Assembly: GCA_012798435.1 (NCBI GenBank)
Contig: JAAZNF010000085.1
Coordinates: forward strand, 695 to 64,694
Reading direction: 5' to 3'
DNA from: Myxococcales bacterium
GTDB lineage: Bacteria > Myxococcota > B64-G9
Length of the DNA stretch: 64,000 nt
Positions 1 to 9,374 of the stretch are shown piece after piece (within the stretch, counting starts at the first letter, position 1; every line of letters begins with the position of its first letter). Under the pieces are notes generated by a model. That model saw nothing but the letters and a program-made list of their open reading frames with translations. It was not told where the DNA came from and searched no databases. A program made the position numbers and the translations under genes.

Positions 1-1066
1 CTCCGAGCGGATGAACTGCGACACCGTGGCGCTCAGCCCGCACTCGATCCTGTGGGGGCTTCCCCTGGCCGCCTGGGGCGGGCTTTTCTACCTGGCGCTC
101 GGCGCGCTGGCCCTGGCCGCGCTGCGGGCGCGGCGGGCCGGCTTTCCCTGGGGCCTGCTCTCACTGGCCGCGCTGTGGGCCGTCGGCCTGAGCGTGTATC
201 TCTTCTTGCTCTCGGAGCTTATAATCGGCTCGTTCTGCCTGGTGTGCGGCAGCCTGTACCTGGTCAACCTGGGCCTGCTGGCCGTGGCCGCCGTGGGCCT
301 TCGGCGTTCCTGCGGTGGCTGGCGGCTCTTCGCCAGGCTGCGCGACGACCTCGGCTTCGTGGCCGGGAGGAAAAAGGTCGCCCTGGCGGCGATGCTGGCG
401 GGCGCGCTCCTGCTCGGCGGCGCCTACCTGGGAAAGAGCCTTCTCTACCCCCAGCGCGTGTTCGCCGGCGGCCTGGGGGATCTGCCAACGGGCCGGACCG
501 CAGAAGGGGCCGACTATCTGGGCGCGGCGCAACCGCGTCTTGTCATCGTGGAGTTCTCGGACTACGAGTGCCCGTTCTGCAACCAGGCGCACGAGAAACT
601 GCGGCAGGCGCTGCGGCAGAGCTCCGACTGGATCCGTTTGGAGCACCGGCACTTCCCCCTGGACGGGGCCTGCAACCCGCTGCTCAAGGGCCGCTCCATG
701 CACCGCAGCGCCTGTATCAGCGCCCGCGCGGCCATCTGCGCCGGCCGGGCGGGAAAGTTCTGGGAGATGAACGACGCCCTGTTCGCCCGCCGCGGCGGAT
801 TGGACGCCGGGGGCCTGACCGTGCTGGCCGAGACGCTGGGGTTGGACGCCGCCGCCTTCCGCGCCTGCCTGGACGACCCGGCCACGGCCGGGGAACTCAA
901 GCGCGACATCGAGGAGGGGATGCGGCGCCGCCTGAGCGGCACGCCGTCGTTCGTGGTGAACGGAAAGGTGATGCCCAGCCTGAACGCGGTGCTGGAGGCG
1001 GTTCGCGCCGGCGCGGCGGTGGAAAAACAGGGAGGGGAACATGCCGAGACGGGCGCTGATCGTTGA
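1..1066 (+). CDS. VKOR-family membrane domain fused to DsbA-like thioredoxin (5'-truncated by window)
   Basis: NCDTV loop Cys, TM helices, CLVC motif (VKOR); then EFSDYECPFC and GTPSF cis-Pro loop (DsbA). Confidence 0.85.
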   Translation, partial: SERMNCDTVALSPHSILWGLPLAAWGGLFYLALGALALAALRARRAGFPWGLLSLAALWAVGLSVYLFLLSELIIGSFCLVCGSLYLVNLGLLAVAAVGLRRSCGGWRLFARLRDDLGFVAGRKKVALAAMLAGALLLGGAYLGKSLLYPQRVFAGGLGDLPTGRTAEGADYLGAAQPRLVIVEFSDYECPFCNQAHEKLRQALRQSSDWIRLEHRHFPLDGACNPLLKGRSMHRSACISARAAICAGRAGKFWEMNDALFARRGGLDAGGLTVLAETLGLDAAAFRACLDDPATAGELKRDIEEGMRRRLSGTPSFVVNGKVMPSLNAVLEAVRAGAAVEKQGGEHAETGADR

Positions 1067-1415
1067 CGACAACGCGGCCAACCGCGAGCTCATGGCCGTC
1101 ATGCTGCAGCGGCTGGGGTTCGTGGGCGTGGGCGTGGCGGACGGCGCGTCGGCGCGCGCCATCGTGGAGCGCGAGTCCTTCGACGTGGTGTTTCTGGATC
1201 TCAAGCTCGCCAACGGCTGCGGGATCGATCTGGCGAAAGAGGTCAGGTCCCGCCCCTGGGGGGCCCGCGTGCCGCTGGTGGCGGTGTCCGGGGTCAGCCC
1301 CGAGGAGGGCGCTCACCTGGTCCGGCCGGGGGGCTTCGACGCGTTCCTGGCCAAGCCGTTCTCGTTCGCGGATCTCGAGAAGACAATCGAGGCGCTGTTG
1401 ACGAAGGACGGCTAG
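1041..1415 (+). CDS. Single-domain response regulator (receiver)
   Basis: LIVDD, FLDLKL phospho-Asp, VSG, KPF motifs. Confidence 0.9.
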   Translation: MPRRALIVDDNAANRELMAVMLQRLGFVGVGVADGASARAIVERESFDVVFLDLKLANGCGIDLAKEVRSRPWGARVPLVAVSGVSPEEGAHLVRPGGFDAFLAKPFSFADLEKTIEALLTKDG

Positions 1416-1417
1416 GC

Positions 1418-2830
1418 TCAGGGTTTCAAGAAACGCACGCTGAGGCCGTTTTCGATGGGGGCGATCTCGTAGCGCGGTGGCTTTGATTCGAAGTCCAGCA
1501 CGAAGCGGACGAAGCCCTCCTGCTTGCCCACCCGGAGCTTCTGGATGCCGGGGGCGGGGGTGTCGAAGACGATCTTCTTGTGGCCGTAGGCGCCGCCCAC
1601 GAAGTCGATGGCCAGGCGGGGAGGGTTGTCGAGGGCGAAGTGCTTGATCTTGAGCGGCGCGCTGGCGCGCATCGTCAGCGTCACGCCGCCGGCGCCCTCG
1701 GCGAACACGGGCAGTTCGATCTCGGCCGACTCTGCGGGCCTGGGCGGCGGCGCAGGAGGCTCACCGCCGACGGCGGCGACGGTGCCCGCATCCGGTGGCG
1801 AAGGCGGGGTCGGCGGCGGGGCCGGAGGAGGAGCCGGCGCTTCGGCGTCTGCCCGGCTGTCCGCTCCCGCGTCCGGTTTGGGCGCGTCCGCCGGGCCGGC
1901 GTCGCGCGGGGACGGCGCCGCGTCGGCCGGAGGTCCCACCGCCACCGCGCCGTCCGGTCTGTCCGGTCCCGGCGGCGGGGACGGCGTGGCGGCGTCGGGC
2001 GGAGGGGGGACGGGGGGCCCGCTCGGAGGTGGAGCCCCGCCCTCCCCCGGGCCTGCCTCGGGCGCCGGCATCATGTTTCGTAGGATGAAGAACGTGGCCA
2101 CGGCCACGACCGCGACAAACAGCACGAACAGCACGATGCGGGTCTTCGGGGGCGGCGGCACGGAAACCATGGGCTCTCCTGGGTTCGGTTCGACCGGCGG
2201 TGCCGGGGGCGCCGCATTGGGTTTCGGCGCGGAGGTTGGCCGCGGTTGCAGCGCAAGCCGCATGGCCGCGCTCGGCGGTTGCGCCCAGGGCGAGGGAGCC
2301 GGTGGCAGGGACGGCTGCGGAGGTTGTGCGGCCTCCACCGGCAGCGGCATCGCTGGTTGTGGAAGGGGTGATGGAGCGGCCGGCGGCGAGGCCGGCTTTC
2401 CGGGTTGTGGCGAGGGCGTCTTGACGGCCGCGGGCGGAGGAGGGGGCAGCGGTTTCGCCGGCGCGGCGTTCTCGCCGAGTTCCGTCGCGATGAGATCGGC
2501 GATGCGGTCGGACGAATCCGCCGGCACCTGGGTGAACTGGATCCCCATTCCGGCGGGAGTGCCGTCGAGGCTGATGGGATCGAACGGCTTGTTCCAGACG
2601 ACCTCGGCCTCCTCGACCCGTACCTCTCCCCGCGGGGCGCGAAACTCCAGGGTGATCTTGCGGCCCTTCGGGAGGGGCCGGTTGGTCCTGAGGAAGATGC
2701 CGCCCTGGCTGATGTTGGAGGCGAACAGCTCCTGCGCCCGGCCGTCCTTCTCGGACACCTTGACCTTGTCGAAGAAATCCACCCGCGGCAGCATGCGCTT
2801 GTCTTCGGGGCGCTTCTCGTCTTTGGGCAT
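1418..2830 (-). CDS. PilZ domain - Pro-rich linker - TM - AMIN domain protein
   Basis: RMLPR and NISQGG PilZ motifs, GMGIQF; one TM; C-terminal FALDNPPRLAID...RFVLD AMIN-like. Confidence 0.8.
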   Translation of the reverse strand: MPKDEKRPEDKRMLPRVDFFDKVKVSEKDGRAQELFASNISQGGIFLRTNRPLPKGRKITLEFRAPRGEVRVEEAEVVWNKPFDPISLDGTPAGMGIQFTQVPADSSDRIADLIATELGENAAPAKPLPPPPPAAVKTPSPQPGKPASPPAAPSPLPQPAMPLPVEAAQPPQPSLPPAPSPWAQPPSAAMRLALQPRPTSAPKPNAAPPAPPVEPNPGEPMVSVPPPPKTRIVLFVLFVAVVAVATFFILRNMMPAPEAGPGEGGAPPPSGPPVPPPPDAATPSPPPGPDRPDGAVAVGPPADAAPSPRDAGPADAPKPDAGADSRADAEAPAPPPAPPPTPPSPPDAGTVAAVGGEPPAPPPRPAESAEIELPVFAEGAGGVTLTMRASAPLKIKHFALDNPPRLAIDFVGGAYGHKKIVFDTPAPGIQKLRVGKQEGFVRFVLDFESKPPRYEIAPIENGLSVRFLKP

Positions 2831-2836
2831 GGCCCT

Positions 2837-2865
2837 ATCGTAGAAAAGAGCGGCGGTGAGGTCAA
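2837..2865 (-). promoter_or_regulatory. sigma70-type promoter, probably leaderless, for the PilZ-AMIN gene
   Basis: TTGACC-N17-TACGAT, 6 nt before ATG at 2830. Confidence 0.5.
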
Positions 2866-2949
2866 ATCTCAGGCCGCGGGAATTCGGTTGCCAAATTTTC
2901 CTCCTCTGCATACATTCCCCGGCGTTCGCCTCGGGGGAAGGAGCAGAAC

Positions 2950-4203
2950 ATGGCACCGGCTAGAGCCCAGAAGACCGCTTTGGCGGAGAAGTTGGCGCAG
3001 GCGTTGCGGCGGGGCGCGCCCGAGGAGGCGCCGGACACGGCGGATGCGCGCGAGCACTTCGCGCGCGCCCTGGAGATCCTGCGCGGGGGAGGGGATCCCC
3101 GGCGGGTGATGGAGCTCCCCGCCCTGTTTCAGGAAGCCTTCCTCCTCTTGTGGGAGGAGGCCCGCGAGCCGGAGCCGCTGCTGGATCTTCTGAACCTTAC
3201 GCGCGATGCGGCCGTCCAGAAGGCGGCGCGGCGGGCGCTGCACCGGCTGCGTAGCGCGGGGATGGACCTGCCCGACCCCGCGGCGCCTCGCCCGTCGGTG
3301 CTCGCCCGCGCCGGCGCGCCGGCCGAGAAGGTGCTGCCGTGTCATGTCAGCGAGCCGTCATCCCAGGGCGTCGAGTCGCTGCTGCTCTCGCGCTACGTGC
3401 ACGGTGGAGTGGCGACCGCGCAGGCGTTTTTGGACGACGAGAGCGGCCTGGTCGAGTTCGACGGGGGCGTGGTGGGACGCAACCGGCACCGGGAGATCCT
3501 GCGCTCGGTCCAGGCCGAGGGCGAGGCGCGCTGGCTGGAGATCTCCTACGAGGAGGCCCGGCAGCGCCTGACGGAGGGGGCGCGCCAGGCCCGGGAGAAG
3601 GGCCGGCCGCTGCCCGAGAAATACCTGGAGCTCTCGGCGCATTTCCCCGAGGTGGCGCCGGTCGAGGTGCCGCGAGGGCGCGAGCTGTTCCAGCGCGATG
3701 AGCTTTCCGGGGTGCCGCTCTCGGACACGGCCTCCTTGCTCGATCGGGAGGAGTTTGCGCACTGGGGTCCGCCGCGGCGGTTCGTCGAGGTGATGATCCA
3801 GAAGCTGGACGAGATCCGCCAGAGCCAGGTCATCATCTCCGACGAGCAACGCCTGGAGCAGGTGCGCCGGCTGCTGGAGAGCGCGCCGCAGCGGCTGCTA
3901 GAGGAGCCGGAGGAGCGCCGGCGGTTCCAGGAACGGCTGTTCCGCATGGCGGCGTTCCTGGAGCGGCGGGGCGCGAAGGAGGCCGCCCGGCTGGCGGCGG
4001 CGGCCGCCTGGCCGCTTTTGGATCCCGACTTCAAACCCGAAAGCCACCCCTTCTTCGCGCGGCTGGCCACCAAGGGCTTCCTGTCGCCCGAGGAGATCGT
4101 GGCCCACATGCGAAAGGACGCGGCGAAGGACAAAGACGGCGCCGGCGAGCCCACGCAGAACTTGCCGCCGGCGAGCCCCGGCGGCCGCATCATCCTCCCC
4201 TGA
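2950..4203 (+). CDS. Hypothetical helical protein
   Basis: 417-aa ORF, GC3-biased codons, AAGGAG RBS. Confidence 0.75.
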   Translation: MAPARAQKTALAEKLAQALRRGAPEEAPDTADAREHFARALEILRGGGDPRRVMELPALFQEAFLLLWEEAREPEPLLDLLNLTRDAAVQKAARRALHRLRSAGMDLPDPAAPRPSVLARAGAPAEKVLPCHVSEPSSQGVESLLLSRYVHGGVATAQAFLDDESGLVEFDGGVVGRNRHREILRSVQAEGEARWLEISYEEARQRLTEGARQAREKGRPLPEKYLELSAHFPEVAPVEVPRGRELFQRDELSGVPLSDTASLLDREEFAHWGPPRRFVEVMIQKLDEIRQSQVIISDEQRLEQVRRLLESAPQRLLEEPEERRRFQERLFRMAAFLERRGAKEAARLAAAAAWPLLDPDFKPESHPFFARLATKGFLSPEEIVAHMRKDAAKDKDGAGEPTQNLPPASPGGRIILP

Positions 4204-4476
4204 GGGTGGTCCGCCCTCGCACCTCCCGCCCGCGCGTCATTCGAGATTCGATTTCGCGCGCGAACGCGCTGGCCGTGTGTGCCCCGCGTTCGCGCGACGG
4301 ACAACCCGGCCTGCCTTCACGAAGACGAAGGGACTAAAGGCCCCGGACGGTAAACACCGAGCGGAGGCGACATGCGACCCGCGATGCGACCGGGAGGCGC
4401 TGGTAGCCTAGAAGGGCGCGGGGGGAAGGGCGGCGGAGAGCGGGTGCAGACGGTGGGCGCTCTCACCGGGCGCGGC

Positions 4477-4995
4477 TCAGTTGGCCGCGGTCAGGAACTG
4501 GCTGAAGGCGCCGACCGGGTGCGCGGTCAGCGCGCGTCCGTCCGCGTCCTGCATCACCACCGAACGGCTCGGGTTCTTGAGGTTTCCTTGGGTGGTGCCC
4601 TTGAGCGCGGTGGTGAGCACCAGCCGGTAGCAGCGGTCGGCCTGCAGCGGAGCGGCCGGGGCGACGGTGACGGTCCGGCGGTCCGTGCCGGTCACGGCCG
4701 GGGTGATGCTCTCCTGGCTCCAGCCGCGCCCCTCGGCGGTGCCGCAGCGCAGGGAAGTGGCGCCGCCGTCGGAGGGAGTCCATTCGTAGGAGGCGTGAAG
4801 CAGCAGCACGCCCTGCGCGAGCGAGGCCGGGTCGACCTCGTCCGAGAGCACGGCGGAGGGCTGCACAGCACGCGAAACATCGGCCTGCCCGTCCAGCGCC
4901 AGGTACACCACCTCCATCCCCGTCGGCAGCGGCACGCCGGGCGAGCCGCAGGCGGCGATGGCGAGAAGCAGCAAGAGTCCCCACAGGCGCCGCAT
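4477..4995 (-). CDS. Lipoprotein with Ig-like (SbsA/Big_5-type) domain
   Basis: Lipobox IAAC; TVTVAPAAPL...YRLVL pattern. Confidence 0.65.
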   Translation of the reverse strand: MRRLWGLLLLLAIAACGSPGVPLPTGMEVVYLALDGQADVSRAVQPSAVLSDEVDPASLAQGVLLLHASYEWTPSDGGATSLRCGTAEGRGWSQESITPAVTGTDRRTVTVAPAAPLQADRCYRLVLTTALKGTTQGNLKNPSRSVVMQDADGRALTAHPVGAFSQFLTAAN

Positions 4996-4997
4996 GG

Positions 4998-5471
4998 CTA
5001 GTTCTCCTCGACCTGGAACCACGACTGGATCTCGCTGCCGAGCTCGCGAGTGGGCTCGCCGTCCAGCTTCCCGGTCAGTGTCTTGGCGATGACGATCCAG
5101 TACTGTTGGCCTCGCGTGAGGTTCTGGGTCGGCTGCAGCAGCACCGCTTCGCGGGTGACCTGGTCCTGTCCCTGGGCGTCCTTCACCGTCGGGTGGTTCA
5201 CCGCGATCTCCACGGGGGAGCCGTCGGCGGCGCCGGCGCGCAGCAAGATGGTGGTGTTGTTGGCGTTGGTGCTGCCGTTGGCGCACTCCACCTCGGCGGA
5301 GAAAACGATCACCGGCAGCACGTCCGGCTGGGCCTCGGCGCTGGCCAGGGCGGGGTACACCCGGATCACCTTGAGGAGGTTCTCGGCGGGGTTGTCGATG
5401 GCCACCTCGCCGCAGGCTGGCGCGAGAGAAAGAAGCGAGAGCAGTGACAACGCGATTGCCTTGTTCTTCAT
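4998..5471 (-). CDS. Lipoprotein with Ig-like (SbsA/Big_5-type) domain
   Basis: Signal peptide ending APAC; VYP..VFS..LQP..L..GQQYWIVI pattern; GGAG RBS. Confidence 0.7.
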   Translation of the reverse strand: MKNKAIALSLLSLLSLAPACGEVAIDNPAENLLKVIRVYPALASAEAQPDVLPVIVFSAEVECANGSTNANNTTILLRAGAADGSPVEIAVNHPTVKDAQGQDQVTREAVLLQPTQNLTRGQQYWIVIAKTLTGKLDGEPTRELGSEIQSWFQVEEN

Positions 5472-5550
5472 CTCCACGGCTCCCAGTCTATGAGTCCCCT
5501 CGACCATAGACCAATGCCGCACCCAGATCAAGTGCGGGACGGCGGCGAGA

Positions 5551-5634
5551 TGCCGGAGGCGGGACTCGAACCCGCACGCCCTTGCGGACAAGGGATTTTA
5601 AGTCCCTTGCGTCTACCCGTTCCGCCACTCCGGC
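5551..5634 (-). tRNA. tRNA-Leu(UAA)
   Basis: GCCGGAG acceptor stem, AGGGA-CTTAAAA-TCCCT anticodon arm, long variable arm, GGTTCGAGTCC; CCA not encoded. Confidence 0.95.
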
Positions 5635-5806
5635 GCGGTGCCATCCCAGGGTAGCCGCCTCTCTTTCCGATGGCAAGGACCATCCGGCGGGAATGAATTT
5701 TGACCCTGTGAAGTTTCAGCCGGCCGCCGGCGCCAGGTGAGACGGGTGGCGCCGGGAGGAGAGTCTCTTGACACCCCGAGCGACATGTGTTTGAAGCTCT
5801 TTCGCC

Positions 5807-6754
5807 ATGAAAACCATGATCGAGACAAGACATTTGACCAAGGATTACGAAGACCTGCGAGCGGTGGACGACGTCAGCCTGTCCATCGAGCGCGGCCAGT
5901 GCGTAGGATTGCTCGGCCTCAACGGCGCCGGCAAGACCACCCTGCTGCGCATGCTGTGCGGCCTGCTCACCCCCAGCGAGGGCGACATCCGCATCGACGG
6001 CCTGGACGCCGCCGAGGAGACGCTGGCGGTGCGCGGTCGCATCGGGTTCCTCCCCGAAAACCCGCCCCTGTACCCCGAGATGACCGTCGCGAGGTTTTTA
6101 CGCTTCGCTGCCCTGCTGCGCGGCGTTCCCGCGCTGGGGGTGGAGGCCCGGGTGCAGGAGACGGCCCAGCGCTGCCAGCTCGCCGATCGCCTGGGCGACC
6201 GCATCGAGACCCTGTCCTACGGCTACCGCAAGCGGGTGGGCATCGCCCAGGCCATCGTGCACCAGCCGGCGCTGGTGATCCTGGACGAGCCCATCGCCGG
6301 CCTGGATCCGCGCCAGATCGTGGAGATGCGCGAGCTGGTGCGTTCCCTGCGCGGCGAGCACACGGTGCTGCTCAGCTCGCACAACCTGCCGGAGATCAGC
6401 CAGACCTGCGACAAGCTCCTGGTCATGGACCGCGGCCGCATCATCCAGCAGGGCTCCGAGCACGAGCTGGCCGAGCTGCTCGGACGCCGGCGGCGCATCC
6501 TGCTCCAGGTGCGCGGGGAGCGGACGCGGGTGAAGGACACGCTGGCCCGCGTGAGCGGGGTGTCCGGGGTCCAGATCCTGGGCGAGGCGGACGGCGTGGT
6601 GGAGGCCGAGATCGAGTCCGCCGCCGACGTGCGCGAGGAGGCGGCCCGGGCGGTGATCGGCGCCGGCCTCGGCCTGCTCACGCTCTCGCGCAAGGAGCTG
6701 GATCTGGAGGGCGTCTTCCTGCGGCTCACCGGGGGCCGGGAGGGACAGGCATGA
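5807..6754 (+). CDS. ABC transporter ATP-binding subunit (GldA-like)
   Basis: GLNGAGKTT Walker A, LSYGYRKR signature, ILDEP Walker B. Confidence 0.93.
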   Translation: MKTMIETRHLTKDYEDLRAVDDVSLSIERGQCVGLLGLNGAGKTTLLRMLCGLLTPSEGDIRIDGLDAAEETLAVRGRIGFLPENPPLYPEMTVARFLRFAALLRGVPALGVEARVQETAQRCQLADRLGDRIETLSYGYRKRVGIAQAIVHQPALVILDEPIAGLDPRQIVEMRELVRSLRGEHTVLLSSHNLPEISQTCDKLLVMDRGRIIQQGSEHELAELLGRRRRILLQVRGERTRVKDTLARVSGVSGVQILGEADGVVEAEIESAADVREEAARAVIGAGLGLLTLSRKELDLEGVFLRLTGGREGQA

Positions 6755-7476
6755 AAACCATCTGGTTGATCGCGCGCCGCGAGCTTCTGGCCACCCTGCG
6801 CTCGCCGCTCGGTTTCGTGGTGGCCGCCATGGTGCTGGCGCTGGACGGGTTGCTCTTCAACCTGTTGGCCCTGGGCGGCGGCGAGAAGTACTCCAGCGAG
6901 GTGCTGGCCCAGTTCTTCTACACCCTGTCCGGCACCACCATGGTGGCCAGCGTGTTCATCTCCATGCGCCTCTTGGCGGAGGAGCACCAGACCGGCTCCT
7001 TTCCGCTGCTGCTCACCGCGCCGGTGAAGGACGGGCACATCATCGTGGGCAAGTTCCTGGGCGCGTTTCTGTTCCTGGCCCTGCTCACCCTGATCACCCT
7101 GTACATGCCACTCCTGGTCATGGTGCACGGCAAGGTCTCCTGGGGCCACGTTTTCGCCGGCTACCTCGGCCTGCTCCTGCTCGGCGCGGCCGCGCTGGCC
7201 ATCGGGACCTTCGGCTCGACGGTGGCCCGCTCGCAGATCGTGGCCGCCTTCATCTCCGGGGCCCTGGTGGTGGCGCTACTGCTGTTCTGGCTGCTGGGCC
7301 GCGCCGCCGACAAACCGCTCGATGACGTGTTCTCGTTCCTGGCCCTGCACAACATGCACTTCCGTCCCTTCATGGCGGGCAAGATCCACCTGCGGGACAT
7401 CGTGTACTACCTGTCGGTGACCGTCTTCTTCCTCTCGGCGGCCACCCGCATGCTGGAGTCACGGCGATGGCGCTAG
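6751..7476 (+). CDS. ABC-2 permease (GldF-like)
   Basis: IARREL...SMRLLAEE..G...LLT.PV..GKF, ~6 TMs; ATGA coupling. Confidence 0.88.
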   Translation: MKTIWLIARRELLATLRSPLGFVVAAMVLALDGLLFNLLALGGGEKYSSEVLAQFFYTLSGTTMVASVFISMRLLAEEHQTGSFPLLLTAPVKDGHIIVGKFLGAFLFLALLTLITLYMPLLVMVHGKVSWGHVFAGYLGLLLLGAAALAIGTFGSTVARSQIVAAFISGALVVALLLFWLLGRAADKPLDDVFSFLALHNMHFRPFMAGKIHLRDIVYYLSVTVFFLSAATRMLESRRWR

Positions 7477-9374
7477 CAACCTCCTCTTCTCCGTGGGGCG
7501 TGCGCAACGCCCGCTGGGTGCTGTTCTTCTACCTTACGGGCTGGGCGCTCCTGTACGTGGGCGAGCGCCTGGTCGGTGGCGTCGGCAAGGGCCGCTGGGT
7601 GGTCTCGGGCCTGGCGGTCGTTCTGCTGCTCGCCGCCTGGCTGGCCTGGAAGCTCGCCTGGTGGTTCAGCCGGGACGAGCACCGGCGCATCCAGCGCACC
7701 ATCTTCTTCCTGTCGCTGGGCGGGTTCGCGGCGCTGGTGCTGTACGTCATCTCCTCCGATCTGGTGCTCGGGCCGGCCGCCCCGGCCAAGCCCGGCGAGG
7801 CGGGGGTGAGCGGGCGGCAGATCCTGCAGGTGGCCTGGTTGCTGCTGCTGGCGCTCTCCTCCGGGCCGCTGTTGTTCGCCCAGTGGAGCGCCTTCGGCGC
7901 CACCCGCTCGCAGTCACCGGACGCGCGGCGGGTCTTCTCCTCGGCCTGGTCGGGCGGGATCGTGACCACCTTGTTGTGCACCCTGTTCTTCGTCAACGCG
8001 CTCGCCAACCGGCTCGACGTGAACACCGACCTGAGCTACTTCAAGACCACCTCGCCCAGCGCGAGCACCCGCAGCCTGGTCGAGGGGCTCACCGAGGACA
8101 CCGCCGCCCTGCTGTTCTTCCCACCGGCCAACGACGTGCTCACCGAGGTCGAGGGATACTTCGGGTCGCTGGCCCGCTCCTCGTCGCGCCTCCAGGTCAA
8201 GGTGATCGACCGGGCCATGGCGCCGGAGGAGGTCTCGACCTACCGGGTGTCCCGAGACGGCACGGTGGTGCTGGCGCGCGGCGAGCAGCGCCAGACCATC
8301 GAGTTCGGGGTGGAGCTGGACTCGGCCAAGACCAAGCTCCGAAAGCTCGACAGCGAGGTGCAGACGGCGCTCTTGAAGCTCGAGCGCAAGCAGAGCACGG
8401 TGTACTGGGTCACCGGCCACGGCGAGCGCAGCGCGGAGCGGGTCGAGGGCGACGCGCGCGATCGCATGAGCCTGCTGAAGGGCGTGCTCTCCAACAACAA
8501 CCTGTTGGTGAAGCCGCTGGGCGCGGTGCAGGGGCTCTCCAGCGCCGTGCCCGACGACGCGGCCCTGGTGATGATGCTGGGGCCCACCACGGCGCTGTTC
8601 CCCGGCGAGGCCGAGGCCATCGAGCGCTACCTGGAGCGCGGCGGTCGGCTGCTGCTCACGCTGGACCCGGCAGCCAAGGCGCAGCCCGAGGCGCTGCTCT
8701 CCCGGCTCGGGTTGCGCTTCCGCCCCACGCTGCTGGCCAGCGACCAGGGGTTCCTGGTGGCCAGCCAGACTCAGGCCGATCGGCGCAACATCGTCACCGA
8801 CCAGTTCTCCGCCCACGCCGCCACGAACATGATCTCCCGCTACAGCCGGGAACTCCCGGTGGCCATGCCCGAGAGCGGCTCGCTGGAAAAGATCGGAGAA
8901 AGCAAAAAGCGCGTGGACTTCATCTGCCGCAGCCTGCCGGTGGTGTGGGCGGACGCCGATGGCGATCTCTCGCCCGGCCCGGACGAGAAGCGGCAGATGT
9001 TCCAGCTGGCGGCTGCCCTGAGCGCGCCGGTGGAGGGCGAGGCCGCGCCGCCACCCGAGAAGACCCCCCCCGCTGCAGCGCCGCCCAAGAGGGAGATGCG
9101 CGCGGTGGTCCTGGCCAACTCCGCCGCCTTCGGCGACACCTTCCTGCCCTTCTACGGCAACCGCTTCTTCATGGCCGACGTGTTGCGCTGGCTGGTGGGC
9201 GAGGGCGAGGTGGCCGGGCCGCCCGCCAATGAGGAAGACGTGCGGGTGCAGCACACCCGGGGGCAGGAGATCTTCTGGTTCTACGGGACCGTGTTCGCCG
9301 TCCCGGTCATCATCCTGGGCGTGGGCTTCGCCACCCGCTTCGGGCGGGGACGGAACCGGAGGGCCGCGTCATGA
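7467..9374 (+). CDS. GldG-family ABC auxiliary component
   Basis: N-terminal TMs, DLS..K..SPS, YWVTGHGE, YLERGGRLL, C-terminal TM. Confidence 0.82.
   Translation: MALATSSSPWGVRNARWVLFFYLTGWALLYVGERLVGGVGKGRWVVSGLAVVLLLAAWLAWKLAWWFSRDEHRRIQRTIFFLSLGGFAALVLYVISSDLVLGPAAPAKPGEAGVSGRQILQVAWLLLLALSSGPLLFAQWSAFGATRSQSPDARRVFSSAWSGGIVTTLLCTLFFVNALANRLDVNTDLSYFKTTSPSASTRSLVEGLTEDTAALLFFPPANDVLTEVEGYFGSLARSSSRLQVKVIDRAMAPEEVSTYRVSRDGTVVLARGEQRQTIEFGVELDSAKTKLRKLDSEVQTALLKLERKQSTVYWVTGHGERSAERVEGDARDRMSLLKGVLSNNNLLVKPLGAVQGLSSAVPDDAALVMMLGPTTALFPGEAEAIERYLERGGRLLLTLDPAAKAQPEALLSRLGLRFRPTLLASDQGFLVASQTQADRRNIVTDQFSAHAATNMISRYSRELPVAMPESGSLEKIGESKKRVDFICRSLPVVWADADGDLSPGPDEKRQMFQLAAALSAPVEGEAAPPPEKTPPAAAPPKREMRAVVLANSAAFGDTFLPFYGNRFFMADVLRWLVGEGEVAGPPANEEDVRVQHTRGQEIFWFYGTVFAVPVIILGVGFATRFGRGRNRRAAS

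Noticed and set aside
4300..4410. c-di-GMP-I riboswitch resemblance
   Set aside because: GCAAA and GNRA/receptor elements do not match, and no gene starts downstream
5551..5634. tRNA genes (also 33019-33099) as island integration sites
   Set aside because: No integrase and no duplicated tRNA 3' end noticed in the window
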